DNA of 63,977 nucleotides, counting the filler, from a bacterium (GTDB lineage: Bacteria; JBBIVP01), in NCBI GenBank assembly GCA_037439705.1. It is 7 parts of 7 records of this genome, joined end to end, with 100 filler letters (N's around TTAATTAATTAA, not from the genome) between each part and the next. Parts side by side here need not be neighbours in the genome. Positions count along the whole stretch, not along the records: positions 41,337 to 51,536 come from JBBIVP010000066.1; positions 51,637 to 61,677 come from JBBIVP010000068.1; 5 more parts are not named here. One strand, written 5' to 3'. Below, in pieces: positions 49,533-60,196 of this stretch. Numbering within the stretch: position 1 is the stretch's first letter; each line of letters starts with the position of its first letter. Under the pieces are notes generated by a model. That model ran no database searches and was not told the DNA's origin. It was given only the letters and a program-made list of their open reading frames with translations. The translations under genes and the position numbers were made by a program.

Positions 49533-49822
49533 AAGTCTCTGTGATTATTCCCTCATACAGAAGACCTGATTATTTGAAAAGATGTATAAATGCACTGCTC
49601 AATCAGAGCATTTCTCCTTACGAGATTATTGTTGTTCTGCGGGAAGAAGATGAAGAGTCAAAAATGGTGGTAAGTGAGTTTAAGAACAGCCTCATAAAAA
49701 CAGCATTTGTCAGGGAAGCAGGGGTTCTCATCGCTATGAATAAAGGGCTTGAGGAGGCAACCGGAGATATAATTGCATTTACAGATGATGACGCAGAACC
49801 ATTTCCTCAAAAGTTTCCCTGA
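49529..49822 (+). pseudogene. Truncated glycosyltransferase family 2
   Basis: VSVIIPSY...FTDDD, then ends at 97 aa. Confidence 0.8.
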
Positions 49823-49877
49823 AAAATCTCCTTATAGCGCTTAAAGGAAAATATGAGGGGATAAAATCCGCAGTATT

Positions 49878-51034
49878 ATGAAAAAAGAGATAATCCTTGT
49901 CATTCCTGAATTCAACAGGAAAGGAGGAACTCAAAGGGTAATGCTGGAACTGGTAAAGCATCTCTCCCATCATTTTCATTTCACCGTCCTTTCCGGCAGT
50001 TTTGAAAGGAAAGAAAGTAAAAAGGTTAGATGGATAAAGATACCATACATAAAGAGACTTCAGATTTTAAAGTTTTTATCATTTTTTATAACTTCACACC
50101 TCTTTCTCATTTACTGCTGGCTTACAAACAAACAAAAATTCCTTGTATGGAGCACCGGTGCTGACTGTGTGAAAGCACATCTCCTCACCATGCACGACTG
50201 CTCCAGAAAAAGAATGTATATGGCGCTCAAAGACCTTAAACAAAACCTGTGGAGTCTTCACAGATGGAACAGTTTTTTATATCATTCTCTTACAGCATTC
50301 TTTGAAAAAATTGCTTTAAGAAACGCAATGAAAGTGGTGGCTGTATCAGAAAACCTCAAAAGAGATATTCTTAAATTTTATCCATGGATTGAGGGTAAAA
50401 TAAACATAATTTACAACGGGGTGAATACAGACGAATTTTCTCCTGAAAACCGTAGATTCAAAGCAGAGATACTCAAATTGGTTAAAGTAGAAGAAAAAAG
50501 AAAAGTTCTCATTTTCGTTGGTGGAGAATGGGACAGGAAGAATCTTGAAACGGTTCTAAAAATTCACTCTCACCTTTCTGAAGACTTCCATTTAATTGTC
50601 ATAGGAAAAGGAAAAAAGAAGTGGCTTGAAAATCAGTTGAGGAAATATGGAATAGAAAATCGCACGAGTTATATTCCCTTCACTGATAAAATTCCTCTGT
50701 TCATAGCCTCAGCGGATGTTCTCCTCCTTCTCTCTGAACACGAACCATTTGGGCTTCCAGCTATTGAGGCTATGGCTTCCGGAATACCTGTTATAGTGAG
50801 TGATAGATGCGGGGTTAGTGAGATTGTAGAAGATAAAAAAGATGGGTTTGTTGTTCCATTAAATTAAAAAACTGTTGAAACATGCGTTTCCATAATAAAG
50901 GAGATTCTCAGCGATAAATCAGCATTTCAAAAGATGGGGGAAAGTGCTTATAATAAGCCATAAAATTTTCGTGGGATAGAATTTCGAAAGAATACCTAAA
51001 TGTGATAAATGATGTTGTTGATTTTTTAAAATAA
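49878..51034 (+). pseudogene. Glycosyltransferase family 4 with disrupted C-terminus
   Basis: EPFGLPAIEAMASG. TAA at 50865..50867, frame continues to KMGESAY, then a frameshift to FSWDRISKEYL. Confidence 0.75.
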
Positions 51035-51051
51035 TCTTCTAAACTTATTGT

Positions 51052-51402
51052 ATGGGTCTGGTTTTCATTGAAGGAAAGGTAAGAGGACCAAAGGGAGAAA
51101 GAGCGGTTAACTTTCTTGTGGATAGCGGTGCAACTTATTCTTTGCTTCCAGAAGAAGTGTGGAAAGAGATAGGGCTTGAACCAAAGCGTGAACATACCTT
51201 TATCCTGGCAGATGGTAGAACCATAACGAAAAAAGTATCCGAATGCTACATCATCCTGCCGAAGGGTGAAGCGCACACTCCAGTGATTCTGGGTGAAGGT
51301 GATGACGAAGCCATTCTGGGTATTGTGACATTAGAAATCCTGGGGCTTGTGCTTAACCCTTTTAAAAGAACACTTGAGCCCATGAGGATGATGCTCGCAT
51401 AG
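51052..51402 (+). CDS. Retropepsin-like (clan AA) aspartyl protease
   Basis: LVDSGATYS, LADG and ILGIVTLE motifs. Confidence 0.88.
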   Translation: MGLVFIEGKVRGPKGERAVNFLVDSGATYSLLPEEVWKEIGLEPKREHTFILADGRTITKKVSECYIILPKGEAHTPVILGEGDDEAILGIVTLEILGLVLNPFKRTLEPMRMMLA

Positions 51403-51536
51403 TTTATAAGCCGTATCAAAAAACCTCTAATTCCTCCATTTTTTTCCTTCAAGAAAAATCCTCGCCCAAATCCCGAGACATAGAAGTATATAGAGTTTGC
51501 GGGAATGGTCTGTTATCCCTTTCTGGTGTTCGTCAA

Positions 51537-51636
51537 NNNNNNNNNNNNNNNNNNNNNNNNNNNNNNNNNNNNNNNNNNNNTTAATTAATTAANNNNNNNN
51601 NNNNNNNNNNNNNNNNNNNNNNNNNNNNNNNNNNNN
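51537..51636. other. Artificial contig linker
   Basis: N44-TTAATTAATTAA-N44. Confidence 0.99.
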
Positions 51637-51749
51637 TAAAGCTTTAAATTCAGCTCCTTTCAAAGCACTTTCCATCACCAGAATAGAACCTTCTCATCCG
51701 GTCTTACCTTTTTAACTCAAATTTTCCACCCCTTTCCCTGGTAACAATG
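51637..51749 (-). repeat. Dispersed repeat family X, copy C, at contig start
   Basis: Reverse complement shares GGTTCTATTCTGGTGAT and AGTGCTTTGAAAGGAGCTG with 41737..41853. Confidence 0.75.
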
Positions 51750-51818
51750 GCCGTGTGTGTTTACACTCCCGCGCTGTGTCCTTGAAAAATTCTTAAGGAT
51801 GTATTAAAATAAAATCAT

Positions 51819-52157
51819 GGGGGCGAATGGGCTCGACAGAAGGGCTGTAGTTAGTGCTGCATGCCGGGTCGGGCAACCCGTAAAAAGCCCACCTAAGAAG
51901 TGCGAACGAAGTAGCACTCGCTGCGTAATGCAGCAAAGTTCTCTTTCCTGTTCCCTGTTGCGGGAAAGGGAACTGGGAACCAACAGGGCTGAGGCTGAGG
52001 GAATTCCCGTGCCCTCGCTTCAGAAATAAGTCGGGATAGCCATTTTTCTCCCTGCTCCATCGGGAGGAAACGGGCGAATTTTAAAGATGGAGATAAGCAT
52101 GTAGATGCACTGGTGAAAACCTTCTGGACGGGGGTTCAATTCCCCCCGCCTCCACCA
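51819..52157 (+). ncRNA. ssrA: tmRNA, tag peptide (A)ANEVALAA
   Basis: 5' GGGGGCG...CTCGAC; 3' GGGGGTTCAATTCCCCCCGCCTCCACCA; tag ORF at 51902..51928. Confidence 0.95.
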
Positions 52158-52390
52158 TAAGGTTTGAGGAGCAAGAATTCGGACATAGATAGCTTAAACC
52201 TTTAAGGAAGTATTTCATCTACAATGTCTCCAAAAAGGGGTCGGAAGGTGTATTCTATGGAGACATCAAGAATAAAAGGAGAAATGGCAAAATTTCTCTC
52301 CGCTCTGCTAAAAATACTAAAACTTGATAAGAACTATTTCCAGTTTTCTTGAAAATTTAGAATAACAGTCTATAATGTGAACCAATATAA

Positions 52391-55138
52391 ATGAAAATTT
52401 CGGATGTAAGAGATTTTTTCTTAAACCTCATTGCTAAAGTTACAACGGAACATCCTATTACTGTACTGAGCCTGTGTTTTCTTCTGGTTCTCGTTTCAGC
52501 TTACCTTTCAAAAAATTTGAGAGTTGACCTTTCCATGATAGCAGAACTTCCTGTTGATGACCCAATGGTGAAGCAGTTCAGAAATGCTTACAAAAACTAC
52601 GGAGGACTTGAATATGTTTTCATCCTTTTGAAATCAGAGGACATTGAAAGAGCAAAGGATTTTGCAGATTATATAGCTCCTATGCTGAAAGAGAGGAAGG
52701 ACCTTTTCAGGTCAGTTAGGCACAAAATAGATATTGATTTTTTTAAACCCTACAGCCTCCTTTTCCTGAAGGAAGATGAGATAAAAGAGTTAACTGAAAC
52801 ATTTGAGAAGCATATTGAAACTTATAAAAGAATGCTCAAAAGACTTGACCTATTTTCTTTTCTTGAAGGAACATACCAGATTCTTGACAGGGAGATTTCT
52901 GAAAGGGAAGAGATAAGGGGAGAGGAAGAGGAAGCGGGAATGATAAAAGGATTGAGGAAGTGGTCAGACCTTTTGAAAAAAGCGATTGTGGATGGAAAGA
53001 AGATAAGCGAAAGGGAATATAATAGGGTTTTGGCAGGGGTTTTTTCTACAAGGATGGATGAGGAGGAAATATCAAGTGAGTATTTTACATCGAAAGACGG
53101 AAAGATGCTTGTCATTATGCTTTCTCCTGTTGAATCAAGCGAGAATATAGCATATTCGCTCAAGGCATATGAATTTATAAAAAGTGTGATTGAAGAGGGG
53201 AAGAAAAAATTTTCTGATGTTAAAGAGGGGGTCACAGGTTCTGTTCCTGTAATCGCTGAGCAGTATTACATAATAATAAGGGACCTTTTCCTGACAAACA
53301 TCGTTTCCATGCTACTCGTTGTCATAATTTTTGCTATTGGATTTGGAAGCATATTCTATGCAATTTTAATGGTTATGCCACTTTTATCTGGTCTCCTCTG
53401 GTCATTCGGTTTTGCCTATATTTACAGGGGGACAATCACAATGACAACATCTGTTTTTGGAGCAATTCTTACAGGTCTCGGAATAGACTTCGCAGCCCAT
53501 TTAATATCAAGGTTCAACGATGAAAGGGATAAGGGGATGCGGATAAAAGATGCTGTTAGAGCTTCAATTACTGGATCAGGTAGAGGAATAATAACAGGCG
53601 CAGTAACCACATCTGCTGCCTTCTACACACTTATTGTTGCATACCATAAGGGGGTTGAGGAACTCGGCATTATTGCTGGAACAGGATTACTTCTCTCAAT
53701 GCTTGCTATGTTTCTCATCGTTCCATCAACCCTCGTCCTTTTCGGCGAGACGAGGCTTTTTAAATCAAGGATAAAAATTCCAATGGTAGAAGAAAAAATT
53801 GCTCGTCTTGTTATAAAAAGGCCCTTCATATTTTTAATCTCTTTTTTGATTATCAGTGGCTTTTTCCTCTGGTCTTCAACGAGGATTTCCTTTGATAACA
53901 ACTTCAGAAATCTTATGCCGAAGGATATGGAAGCCCTGAGGGCGCTTGATGAATTTGAGGCAGGATTTGAAAGAGGAACGGATTACGGACTTATAACTGC
54001 AGAAAGTATAGAGGAGGCAAGGGAGGTGGTTGAAAAACTTGAGAGCCTATCCACAGTTTCCCTTGTTGAATCAATATCAAAGTTTCTGCCAGAAAATCAG
54101 AAGAAAAAAAAGGAAATGCTCAGACCATTAAAAAATCTTCTTCAACCACTAAATCCAGAGGACCCCAGAAATATAGACTGGAATTACAACGAAGCACACC
54201 TTCATTCTTACATAAAAGTTTTTGAAAATATGAAAGATATGGCTCTTGCCCTGAAACAGCTTTCAATAGCAGGAGGGTATTTTGAAGGTGAAGATGAATC
54301 GGAAAAATTGAAAAATAATTTTGAGGAAATAATTGAGAAACTTAAGAAAGGAGACAATCTATCAGGTCTTTCAGAAATTAATAAAATCCATATAAAAGAA
54401 TTTCATGATGCCTTCCTTGACCTGAAAAAGGCTTCATCACCTGATTTTCTCACTCTTAACGAACTTCCAGAAGACATAAGACATACATTCATCGGAAAGG
54501 ATGGTAAATTTCTCATATTTGCCTATCCAAAACAGTCTGTCTGGATATCAAAGAAGTTTATGGGAGAATTTGTTAATGAGATACGGAATGTAAAAAGCGA
54601 TGCATTTGGAATTCCAGTGATATTCTATTTTCAGACACAGAGGATTCTAAAAGACCTTGAATCATCTGCATTTGCCTCTTTTTTGTGTGTTCTTTTTCTT
54701 GTTTTCTTTGATTTTAGAAATCTCTTCAGAACCCTCATATCTTTTGTCCCTCTACTTTTTGGAACATTGTGGATGCTCGGCATGATGCCCGTTCTTGGAG
54801 TGAAATTCAACTTCATAAATGTTGGTGTTGTTGCTCTCATTCTGGGAATGGGTATAGACTATGGCGTTCATTTCACCCATAGATTCCTTCAGGAGAAGGA
54901 TGCATTTCTTTCCATATCAAGGACTGGAAGAGCTATTCTTGTTTCTGCCTTAACGACTATGGCAGGGTTTGGCGCAATAATGCTTGCAAAATTCAGGGGA
55001 TTGAACTCAATGGGTGAGGTTTTGTTGACAGGTATTGGTATGTGCCTCATAACCTCAATGATTGGTATGGGGACGATTTTTGCACTGTATGAAAAAAAAG
55101 AAAAAAAAATCCTTGATAATGATTCAGGAGAGTTATAA
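52391..55138 (+). CDS. MMPL/RND family transporter (HpnN-like)
   Basis: Two GLGIDF/GMGIDY repeats, about 12 TM helices, two large periplasmic loops. Confidence 0.88.
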   Translation: MKISDVRDFFLNLIAKVTTEHPITVLSLCFLLVLVSAYLSKNLRVDLSMIAELPVDDPMVKQFRNAYKNYGGLEYVFILLKSEDIERAKDFADYIAPMLKERKDLFRSVRHKIDIDFFKPYSLLFLKEDEIKELTETFEKHIETYKRMLKRLDLFSFLEGTYQILDREISEREEIRGEEEEAGMIKGLRKWSDLLKKAIVDGKKISEREYNRVLAGVFSTRMDEEEISSEYFTSKDGKMLVIMLSPVESSENIAYSLKAYEFIKSVIEEGKKKFSDVKEGVTGSVPVIAEQYYIIIRDLFLTNIVSMLLVVIIFAIGFGSIFYAILMVMPLLSGLLWSFGFAYIYRGTITMTTSVFGAILTGLGIDFAAHLISRFNDERDKGMRIKDAVRASITGSGRGIITGAVTTSAAFYTLIVAYHKGVEELGIIAGTGLLLSMLAMFLIVPSTLVLFGETRLFKSRIKIPMVEEKIARLVIKRPFIFLISFLIISGFFLWSSTRISFDNNFRNLMPKDMEALRALDEFEAGFERGTDYGLITAESIEEAREVVEKLESLSTVSLVESISKFLPENQKKKKEMLRPLKNLLQPLNPEDPRNIDWNYNEAHLHSYIKVFENMKDMALALKQLSIAGGYFEGEDESEKLKNNFEEIIEKLKKGDNLSGLSEINKIHIKEFHDAFLDLKKASSPDFLTLNELPEDIRHTFIGKDGKFLIFAYPKQSVWISKKFMGEFVNEIRNVKSDAFGIPVIFYFQTQRILKDLESSAFASFLCVLFLVFFDFRNLFRTLISFVPLLFGTLWMLGMMPVLGVKFNFINVGVVALILGMGIDYGVHFTHRFLQEKDAFLSISRTGRAILVSALTTMAGFGAIMLAKFRGLNSMGEVLLTGIGMCLITSMIGMGTIFALYEKKEKKILDNDSGEL

Positions 55139-55166
55139 AATTTGAAAAAGTAAAAAGGAGGTTCTG

Positions 55167-58163
55167 ATGAAGAAGGGATGGGTGATAATAATAGGCGCTT
55201 TTTTCTTGGCAGGATGTGGAGAGGAGAAGAAGGTATGTGTTCCATCTGAACTTATGGATGAAATTAATTCAATAAAATCTGAAGGAGGGATTGTAGAATT
55301 TCAGCAGATCGTTGAGCCTGTGGAGCAGTTTTTGCCTCCTGAATATGGTGGTTCCTTCGGTGCAAAAAAAGGAGATTTTCTCATTAAAAACGACAGAATA
55401 AGGTTTATAATTCAGAATTCATCAAGGCAGATTTCTCCTGCCCCTTACGGAGGAAACATAATAGATGGAGATGTATTGAGGGATAATGATGAATGGAAAG
55501 ATGTTATAGGAGAGATTTCTCCATTTATCGGCTTGAGTTATACCATTGATTCTGATGATTTTGAGGTAATAAGGGATGGCAAGGATGGAGTCCTTGTTTT
55601 CAGGACAACGGGACACACAGAACTTATTGATTACATAAATCTCCAATCAGCAGTTTACTCCTTAATCGGATTTCCTGAGCTCAATCTTCCATGGGACTTC
55701 AACAAGGGCGTTCCAATATATGGCTCAAATTATTATATTTTAAAAGCAGGTGATTCACACATAAGCGTTATCACAGCACTCTGCAACGATTCAGATGAAA
55801 AAATTTATACAGCATTAGGAGATATAATAGATTCTGGTGGAACCGTATCTTTTTTTAACAAATCCCTTATCGTTGATGGAATGGGTGGATTTGGATACAC
55901 AGGAAATCCAGTTGTTGACCTTAAACCTGCAGAGATTTTCGGATTTATGGGTGAGGAATCAGGATATGCAATAGTTCCTCATCATCCCGCATTCAACCTG
56001 ATTATTTCAGGAGTGGCAGTTGCTGATTACGGGACATCGGATGGAATTCTCTTCATAATGAACGCAATCACAGGAATTGATTTGAAAAATCTACCCGAAG
56101 GATATTATGCAATTGAAAAGGGAGGTTCAATATTTTATAAAAGGGATGTTATAGTTTTCAAAAATTATTCCGATATGATGGAGGAGTTTTACAGGATAAA
56201 GGGTATTGAAAACAAGGGTAATGTCCTTGTGAGGACAAAAAATATAGACGGCGCAAGGATTGCCTTTGTTAATAAAGATGGAAGCCTTGAAAACATTCTT
56301 ATAACATCAGACGGAATTGCCAATGGGGTATTGAAAGAGGGAGAATACTATGTTCTTGCAGATGTTTCCGGATGGCCTGAACCTGCTTCTCAGACATTGG
56401 TGGTTCAATCAGGCAAAGAGCAGCAAATCAATTTTTCGTTTTCAGAGCCTGCTTATCTCAAATTCAATATAAAAGGAATTGACCCAGAGGTTTCTCCTGA
56501 TGAAGTTACAATGCCTGCAAAGGTAAGCCTTGTATGTAATGGAGAATGTCCGAGGAAGGAGAAGAGGTTTTTCACTGATACCCTTTACGACAAGTTTCCT
56601 CAAGGGGTTCAGGTTCAGGCATTTGTTGATAACAGGGGAAGGGTAAATGTGATGGCAAAGAGGGGGCTCACATCCCTTGATGAACTTCCAGTTCCTCCCG
56701 GAAACTATAGAGTTGTTATATCAAAAGGTATGGAATTCTCAAGGTATGAAGAGGATATATCGTTTTCACAAGGTGAGCACAGGGTTATAAATGCAAGGAT
56801 TGACAGGGTCGTTGACACATCAGGATATATCTCTGCTGACCTTCATGTTCATTCTGTAAACAGTCCAGATTCTCCAGTTCCATTGATAGACAGGGTTATA
56901 ACATTTATGGGAGAGGGCGTTGATGTGCTCGTCTCAACAGACCATGACTTCATTACAGATTATGAACCTGTGATAAAATCGCTCAATGCGGAAAATTATC
57001 TTGCCACATTTAGGGGAGAAGAACTCACCACCTTTGACCTCGGGCATTTTAATGGATACCCTTTAAGGATAAGCGAGGAAGTTTATCAAAATGGAGCAGT
57101 TGATTGGGCTGGAGGAAGGGGTCCTAACCTTACACCTGAGGAGATTTTCCTTTCTCTCAAGGATATGGGAGAAATTGAAAATCCTGTTGTTCAGGTCAAC
57201 CATCCGAGGTCTGTCCTTATGGGATATTTTACTGCAGTAAAACTTGATACAGATACATTAAAAACCCATCAGGACCCAACTGTTTTCAGGATGCCCCCTG
57301 AAAAGTTTGAAATGAAGGAGGATGACACTGGAATGTTCAGTCCTTTATTTGATGCCTTTGAGATTTATAACTCCTACGACGAAATAGCCCCTGTCCTTAA
57401 CGATTATTTTGCGTTCCTTAACATAGGGTTAAAGAAAACAGGGGTTGCAGTCTCTGATACCCATCACTGGTATTCTTCAGAGGCAGGCGTTCCAAGAAGT
57501 CTCATATATGTAGGAAATAATTTTGATTCTCCATCAAAAATAACACCTGAGGCATTTGCGAGAGGTATCCAGAATGGAAGGGTGATAGGCACAAATGGTC
57601 CATTCATGCACCTGTGGATAGAAAGACCCGGGGATACGAAAAAATACCTGATGGGAGAGCTTGTCCCTTCTTCAACCGGAACCCTTCGTGTTGAAATCAG
57701 ACTTGCTCCATGGATAACAGTTGATACCCTTGAGGTTTTTTCCAATACGTCGGATGTTTTTTCAAGAAATGGCAATCCGGTGAATTCCTGGCCAAATCCA
57801 TTGACTGCCATTCGTATTTCTCCTGGCAATTTTGTCCTTCAAAATGGGCAGAAGGTTTATGAATATTCTTACGCATTTAACCTTGATAAAGATGCATGGT
57901 TCGTAGTCGTTATAAGGGATGATAAAAACTACGGAGATAATTATCCGATGAATCCTGTTCTTTATGACACGAATGAACTCCCATTTGCCTTCTCAAACGC
58001 CATATTTGTGGATGCGGATGGAGATGGAATGTTTGACCCTCCAGGTGTCATTGAAACAAAGGTTTCTCAAATAAAGAAAGAAATAAAAGAGAAAGGGTTA
58101 ATAACAGAAGAGAGCGTAAAAGAACTCCTTGAGGAAGTTGGAAATATAGACCATTGTCATTGA
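55167..58163 (+). CDS. Lipoprotein with C-terminal PHP-like (CehA/McbA family) metallohydrolase domain
   Basis: LAGC lipobox; ADLHVHS, STDHD, GHFN, NHPR and SDTH motifs. Confidence 0.82.
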   Translation: MKKGWVIIIGAFFLAGCGEEKKVCVPSELMDEINSIKSEGGIVEFQQIVEPVEQFLPPEYGGSFGAKKGDFLIKNDRIRFIIQNSSRQISPAPYGGNIIDGDVLRDNDEWKDVIGEISPFIGLSYTIDSDDFEVIRDGKDGVLVFRTTGHTELIDYINLQSAVYSLIGFPELNLPWDFNKGVPIYGSNYYILKAGDSHISVITALCNDSDEKIYTALGDIIDSGGTVSFFNKSLIVDGMGGFGYTGNPVVDLKPAEIFGFMGEESGYAIVPHHPAFNLIISGVAVADYGTSDGILFIMNAITGIDLKNLPEGYYAIEKGGSIFYKRDVIVFKNYSDMMEEFYRIKGIENKGNVLVRTKNIDGARIAFVNKDGSLENILITSDGIANGVLKEGEYYVLADVSGWPEPASQTLVVQSGKEQQINFSFSEPAYLKFNIKGIDPEVSPDEVTMPAKVSLVCNGECPRKEKRFFTDTLYDKFPQGVQVQAFVDNRGRVNVMAKRGLTSLDELPVPPGNYRVVISKGMEFSRYEEDISFSQGEHRVINARIDRVVDTSGYISADLHVHSVNSPDSPVPLIDRVITFMGEGVDVLVSTDHDFITDYEPVIKSLNAENYLATFRGEELTTFDLGHFNGYPLRISEEVYQNGAVDWAGGRGPNLTPEEIFLSLKDMGEIENPVVQVNHPRSVLMGYFTAVKLDTDTLKTHQDPTVFRMPPEKFEMKEDDTGMFSPLFDAFEIYNSYDEIAPVLNDYFAFLNIGLKKTGVAVSDTHHWYSSEAGVPRSLIYVGNNFDSPSKITPEAFARGIQNGRVIGTNGPFMHLWIERPGDTKKYLMGELVPSSTGTLRVEIRLAPWITVDTLEVFSNTSDVFSRNGNPVNSWPNPLTAIRISPGNFVLQNGQKVYEYSYAFNLDKDAWFVVVIRDDKNYGDNYPMNPVLYDTNELPFAFSNAIFVDADGDGMFDPPGVIETKVSQIKKEIKEKGLITEESVKELLEEVGNIDHCH

Positions 58164-58708
58164 GGAAAGCATTTCTGATATTGATTTTCCTTATAGGGCA
58201 TCACGAAAAATATGATAGGGTTGATTTTATTTCCATTGATGATGGAGAAATTCTCATTGAGGTCCTTGATATAACATTTCCATACGAGAATTCTTATGAT
58301 TCAAAAAAAATTAAAATTGATAGGGACAGAAATGGTTATATATCCGATGAGGAATTAAAAAAGGCAGGAGATGAGGACGGGATTTTTCAATTGATGAAAA
58401 TTAGTTTGAAGGTAAACGATAGACCAATTTTGCTGAAAAGGTTGAAGAGTGAGGTTAGGGAGTGCCCGAGGGAGATTCTTAAAAACACGCCAATTTCAAT
58501 ATGGCACAGGTTTTATGGAAGGACGGAAGGAAATTTGTGCGGAAATATAACTTTTTCTGACAATGGGGATTTTAAAAGGGGGATTGTGAAGTTAATAATC
58601 AATAAAAATTGCCCAATAAAGGAAACAGACGGAATAAAGAAGGAAAACTATGTTATAAAAGAAATTGGTGAAAAGGAAAGGATGTTTAATGTTATTCTTG
58701 AAAAGTGA
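58154..58708 (+). CDS. Hypothetical protein with EF-hand-like loop
   Basis: DRDRNGYISDEEL; overlaps the upstream gene end. Confidence 0.55.
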   Translation: MSLRKAFLILIFLIGHHEKYDRVDFISIDDGEILIEVLDITFPYENSYDSKKIKIDRDRNGYISDEELKKAGDEDGIFQLMKISLKVNDRPILLKRLKSEVRECPREILKNTPISIWHRFYGRTEGNLCGNITFSDNGDFKRGIVKLIINKNCPIKETDGIKKENYVIKEIGEKERMFNVILEK

Positions 58709-58737
58709 GGTCCTTTTGTGATAAAATAGTTCAAAAT

Positions 58738-58811
<74 letters not shown>

Positions 58812-58824
58812 TAAGGAGAATTCA

Positions 58825-59379
58825 ATGAAAAATGGTTTTACTCTTATTGAACTTTTAATAGTGATAGTTGTTATTGGCATTCTTGCCACAATTGCTATTC
58901 CAAACTTTCTTGGTCTTCAGGAAAGGGCAAAAAAGAGGACGATAATTGGGGATGTTGAGAATGGAGCAAAGGAGATGTCAGTATGGTTGACCATCCTTTC
59001 TTCAGACAGATGGGTTCAATCACCAATTGATTGCGATGGGGATGGGGTAGCAGACGATATGATTGATAATAATGGGTGCGTTCCTGATGGATGTTCTAAT
59101 GGTTCGTGCCCAATTGGAATTTTTCCTCAGAATAAGGCAGATGGTGTAGCAAGGGCATGGGTATATCGTATGAGAAACGATGTAAGCATTTATAATTCAT
59201 CCATTCCACAATGGGTATATGGCGGAAATCAAGGCATTGGATTTACCCCTCCAGAAAGAGACCAAAATCATGCGGGGCAGATAGTTGTCTATAGCGTTGG
59301 AAGTAATATCATTTTCCCTACGGGTTATGATAAAACGGGCTCTCAGATTCTATGGAAGAGGCTATTCGCTTCAGAATGA
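58825..59379 (+). CDS. Type IV pilin-like protein 1
   Basis: MKNG/FTLIELL prepilin cleavage motif; SD AGGAG immediately after the tRNA. Confidence 0.9.
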   Translation: MKNGFTLIELLIVIVVIGILATIAIPNFLGLQERAKKRTIIGDVENGAKEMSVWLTILSSDRWVQSPIDCDGDGVADDMIDNNGCVPDGCSNGSCPIGIFPQNKADGVARAWVYRMRNDVSIYNSSIPQWVYGGNQGIGFTPPERDQNHAGQIVVYSVGSNIIFPTGYDKTGSQILWKRLFASE

Positions 59380-59455
59380 CAGAAATCGTCTTTAATGACA
59401 AAAATTGTCATAATTTTTTTATAGTTTTGATTTTTTTAATGGCACAAAATTTGTA
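59377..59455 (+). promoter_or_regulatory. Sigma54-type promoter with upstream TGACA-N5-TGTCA activator (PilR-like) sites
   Basis: TGGCAC-AAAAT-TTGTA at 59440..59455; ATGACAAAAATTGTCAT at 59395..59411; degenerate copy at 59377..59391. Confidence 0.65.
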
Positions 59456-59490
59456 AATATAATGGCAAAAAAGAAAGGAGGTGAAAGAAG

Positions 59491-60153
59491 ATGAAGGTAT
59501 TCAGAGAAGAAAAGGGTTTTACACTGATTGAACTACTCATCGTTGTTGCAATAATCGGAATCCTTGCTGCAATAGCAATCCCTAACTTCCTCGGTCTTCA
59601 GGAAAGGGCAAGGAAAAGGACAATAATCTCCTCTGCTGACAATGCTGTATCTGAGATTCAGGGATGGATAAATGCTACATACGCAAGGCCGCCACTGAAT
59701 GCTCTTGAGGCAGTTGACTGCGATGGAGATGGCGAGGCTGACGATGCTGTTGATAATTCCAATGACTGCAATCCCAATCAGTGTCCTCAAGGTTCGTGTC
59801 CATCCATTCCAGCAGGAGGTCCTCAACCACCTGCTGAAGCAGATAGAATGGGAGCAGTGATAGCGGCCTGGATAAATGCTCACAATGGAGAGGGTGCAAC
59901 CCCTGCAGGAGCAGGAGGAAATATACACCAGCAGGTCTCTCCTTATGATGCCTCAAAGGGATTGTGGATTAATAATGGTTCCTCAGTGACTACATGTGAT
60001 GTAGCTGGTGGAATTACTCCACAGGCTGGGCAGATAGTTCTTGCTCCACTTCAGCCATCTGGAGCGGCAAATCCAACAGGAATATGCATAGTAGGATTTG
60101 ATAACGCAAACCCTCCAAACGTATTAATTATTAAAACTACATCCGCTGACTGA
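59491..60153 (+). CDS. pilA: Type IV pilin, probable major pilin
   Basis: KG/FTLIELLIVVAIIGILAAIAIP; strong SD AAGGAGGTGA; own promoter and terminator. Confidence 0.8.
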   Translation: MKVFREEKGFTLIELLIVVAIIGILAAIAIPNFLGLQERARKRTIISSADNAVSEIQGWINATYARPPLNALEAVDCDGDGEADDAVDNSNDCNPNQCPQGSCPSIPAGGPQPPAEADRMGAVIAAWINAHNGEGATPAGAGGNIHQQVSPYDASKGLWINNGSSVTTCDVAGGITPQAGQIVLAPLQPSGAANPTGICIVGFDNANPPNVLIIKTTSAD

Positions 60154-60154
60154 G

Positions 60155-60180
60155 AAAAGGGGGGATATCCCCCCTTTTTT
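60155..60180 (+). terminator. Intrinsic terminator after the major pilin
   Basis: AAAAGGGGGG-ATAT-CCCCCCTTTTTT. Confidence 0.85.
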
Positions 60181-60196
60181 ATTTTTGGAGGAGAAG

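Noticed and set aside
51817-52029. 70-aa ORF
   Set aside because: Lies within tmRNA.
52158-52330. Integrated element or structured RNA downstream of tmRNA
   Set aside because: Only weak inverted repeats; no integrase and no duplicated ssrA 3' end.
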